Below are positions 38,307-40,804 of a stretch of DNA of 40,804 nucleotides, piece by piece. The stretch is from a virus. Lineage: Duplodnaviria; Heunggongvirae; Uroviricota; Caudoviricetes. The translations under genes were made by a program, and so were the position numbers. The stretch lies in IMG/VR virus record IMGVR_UViG_2687453522_000003, positions 1 to 40,804 of that record; one strand, 5' to 3'. Every line of letters begins with the position of its first letter. The first letter of the stretch is position 1. The notes beneath the pieces were generated by a model. The model did not search any database. It was not told the DNA's origin and saw nothing but the letters and a program-made list of their open reading frames with translations.

Positions 38307-39346
38307 AGGCTGAAGCATGGCGGGTCAGCAAACTTGGTGAAATACCTGATATAACGTTCGAGGAAGCGTGTGTCAGGTGGCTTGAAGAGAAAGCACATAA
38401 AAAATCACTGGACGATGACAAAAGCCGGATCGGATTCTGGCTTCAACATTTCGCAGGAATGCAACTAAGAGACATTACTGAATCAAAAATTTATTCAGCA
38501 ATGCAGAAAATGACGAACCGGCGTCATGAGGAAAACTGGAGACTCAGGGCAGAAGCATGCAGAAAAAAAGGGAAACCTGTTCCAGAATACACGCCAAAAC
38601 CAGCGTCCGTTGCAACGAAGGCTACGCATCTTTCATTTATAAAGGCCCTACTAAGAGCCGCAGAGCGTGAATGGAAAATGCTGGATAAGGCACCAATTAT
38701 TAAAGTGCCTCAACCAAAGAATAAACGGATCCGCTGGCTGGAGCCCCATGAAGCACAAAGGCTGATTGATGAATGTCCGGAGCCATTAAAGTCTGTTGTT
38801 GAATTTGCACTGGCAACAGGCTTAAGACGCTCGAACATCATCAACCTTGAATGGCAACAAATAGACATGCAGCGCCGGGTGGCATGGATAAACCCGGAAG
38901 AGAGTAAATCAAACCGCGCAATTGGCGTTGCGCTGAATGATACTGCATGTCGCGTTTTGAAAAAACAAATCGGGAATCATCACCGTTGGGTATTTGTGTA
39001 CAAGGAAAGCTGTACCAAACCAGACGGAACGAAAGCGCCAACAGTAAGGAAGATGCGGTATGACGCAAACACAGCCTGGAAAGCGGCGCTGAGACGGGCT
39101 GGTATTGATGATTTCAGATTTCACGACTTGAGACACACCTGGGCAAGTTGGCTGGTTCAAGCCGGAGTCCCGTTGTCAGTGTTACAGGAAATGGGAGGCT
39201 GGGAGTCTATCGAAATGGTTCGTCGATATGCTCACCTTGCACCTAATCACCTTACCGAACACGCACGGCAAATAGACTCGATCCTGAACCCATCGGTCCC
39301 AAATTTGTCCCAGTCAAAAAATAAGGAAGGTACTAATGATGTGTAA
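38183..39346 (+). CDS. int: Tyrosine integrase, P22/Sf6-type
   Basis: 387 aa; N-terminus [34 protein letters not shown] matches P22 Int as I recall it; catalytic R...HDLRHT...Y region near the C-terminus. Confidence 0.9.
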   Translation: MSLFRRGEIWYASFTLPNGKRFKQSLGTKDKRQATELHDKLKAEAWRVSKLGEIPDITFEEACVRWLEEKAHKKSLDDDKSRIGFWLQHFAGMQLRDITESKIYSAMQKMTNRRHEENWRLRAEACRKKGKPVPEYTPKPASVATKATHLSFIKALLRAAEREWKMLDKAPIIKVPQPKNKRIRWLEPHEAQRLIDECPEPLKSVVEFALATGLRRSNIINLEWQQIDMQRRVAWINPEESKSNRAIGVALNDTACRVLKKQIGNHHRWVFVYKESCTKPDGTKAPTVRKMRYDANTAWKAALRRAGIDDFRFHDLRHTWASWLVQAGVPLSVLQEMGGWESIEMVRRYAHLAPNHLTEHARQIDSILNPSVPNLSQSKNKEGTNDV

Positions 39347-39360
39347 CTTATTGATTTAAA

Positions 39361-39436
39361 TGGTGCCGATAATAGGAGTCGAACCTACGACCTTCGCATT
39401 ACGAATGCGCTGCTCTACCAACTGAGCTATATCGGC
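39361..39436 (-). tRNA. thrW: tRNA-Thr (anticodon CGU), thrW-type; prophage attachment site at its 3' end
   Basis: Reverse complement reads GCCGATATAGCTCAGTTGGTAGAGCAGCGCATTCGTAATGCGAAGGTCGTAGGTTCGACTCCTATTATCGGCACCA. Confidence 0.9.
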
Positions 39437-39550
39437 CCTGAAAGGACATGTTCACGAACGTGAATCACGGTGGGCAAGGTTAAAACTAACCGGGCGATGC
39501 GTCAATGGCCTTGTGAATCAAATGGCTACTTTTGCATCACCCGGTTTTAT

Positions 39551-40804
39551 TTACGCACGAATGGTGTAATCACCAATGCCGATCCACTTGTAAGTGGTCA
39601 GTGCTTCCAGCCCCATTGGGCCACGCGCGTGGAGTTTTTGTGTGCTTACCGCCACTTCCGCACCCAGACCAAACTGGCCGCCGTCGGTAAAACGCGTAGA
39701 GGCGTTAACGTAAACAGCGGACGAATCCACTTCGTTAACAAAACGCTGGGCGTTGCGCATATCGCGGGTCAGGATCGCATCGGAGTGTTGTGTGCCGTGT
39801 TCACGAATATGGGCGATGGCATCGTCAAGATCGCTGACGATTTTGACGTTCAAATCTAATGACAGAAACTCATCGTCATACTCTTCGGCTTTAACAGCAA
39901 CCACCTTCGCAGGGCCTGCCTGCAACTGCGCCAGTGCAGCTGCATCTGCGTGTAATGTCACGCCGCTTTCCGCCATTTGTTTGCTTAATGCGGGCAGGAA
40001 GCTATCGGCGATGTTTTTATTCACCAGCAACGTTTCAACCGTATTACATGTGCTCGGACGCTGAGTTTTCGCGTTGACGATCACTTTTAATGCTTCAGCG
40101 ATCTCTACACTTTCATCAACGTAAATATGGCATACGCCTATACCACCTGTGATCACCGGGATTGTCGACTGTTCACGGCACAGTTTATGCAAACCAGCGC
40201 CACCACGCGGGATCAGCATGTCGATGTATTTATCCATACGCAGCATTTCACTGACCAGCGCACGGTCAGGATTATCAATCGCCTGCACGGCACCCGCCGG
40301 TAAGCCGCAGGATTTCAGGGCGTCCTGAATCACCGCCACCGTTGCAGCGTTAGTGCGACACGTTTCTTTGCCACCGCGCAGGATCACCGCATTACCGGTT
40401 TTCAGGCACAGCGAAGCGACATCAACCGTCACGTTCGGGCGCGCTTCATAAATCACGCCAATAACCCCCAGCGGTACGCGACGACGCTCAAGACGCAGGC
40501 CGCTGTCCAGTACGCCGCCATCGATTACCTGCCCCACCGGATCGGCGAGGTTGCACACCTGACGTACATCGTCGGCAATGCCTTTCAGCCGTGCGGGCGT
40601 CAGTGCCAGACGGTCAAGCATCGCTTCGCTAAGGCCATTGGCTCGCGCGTCAGCAACATCCTGGGCGTTAGCGTTGAGGATGATTTCGCTTTGTGCTTCC
40701 AGTTCATCGGCGATTTTTTCCAGCACGCGATTTTTTTCGCGGCTGGAGAGTTGCGCTAATTTATACGAGGCTTGCTTCGCGGCAATGCCCATTTGTTCCA
40801 GCAT
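39551..40804 (-). CDS. proA: Gamma-glutamyl phosphate reductase
   Basis: 417-aa translation matches E. coli ProA ([21 protein letters not shown]...) from memory; start codon at the window edge. Confidence 0.95.

Noticed and set aside
39470-39859. 129-aa plus-strand ORF beside the tRNA
   Set aside because: Largely antisense to the 3' end of proA and upstream of it; no ribosome-binding site; proA is the real gene here.

Overview
Almost the whole window is one prophage inserted at the 3' end of tRNA-Thr (thrW-type, 39361..39436, minus strand) beside a complete proA (39551..40804). It is a mosaic: a P22-type xis/int pair next to the tRNA, a lambdoid early region (divergent cI/cro, an O-like initiator with internal iterons, nin-type genes, Q), lambda-type lysis genes, HK97-type head genes and a Mu-type contractile tail. 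The tail module ends in an invertible tail-fibre segment served by a Pin/Gin-family invertase. I could not find the second att copy, so the left prophage boundary is unresolved. Three AT-rich cargo regions stand out from the roughly 50% GC backbone: (i) a distal island (1..5660) with an EcoRII-like CCWGG restriction-modification pair, an orphan GIY-YIG nuclease gene and a 326-aa nuclease-like ORF, bracketed by 42-bp direct-repeat hairpins; (ii) a single membrane-anchored gene between Rz and the HNH/terminase genes (25510..26440); (iii) a self-contained two-gene operon between Q and the holin (27985..29410) encoding a 273-aa soluble protein and a 161-aa four-helix membrane protein. Cassette (iii) is my best candidate for an undescribed system, by architecture and context only (RexAB-like sensor plus membrane effector). 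All calls come from reading the sequence and the ORF translations by eye; no searches were run and family assignments are from memory of motifs.
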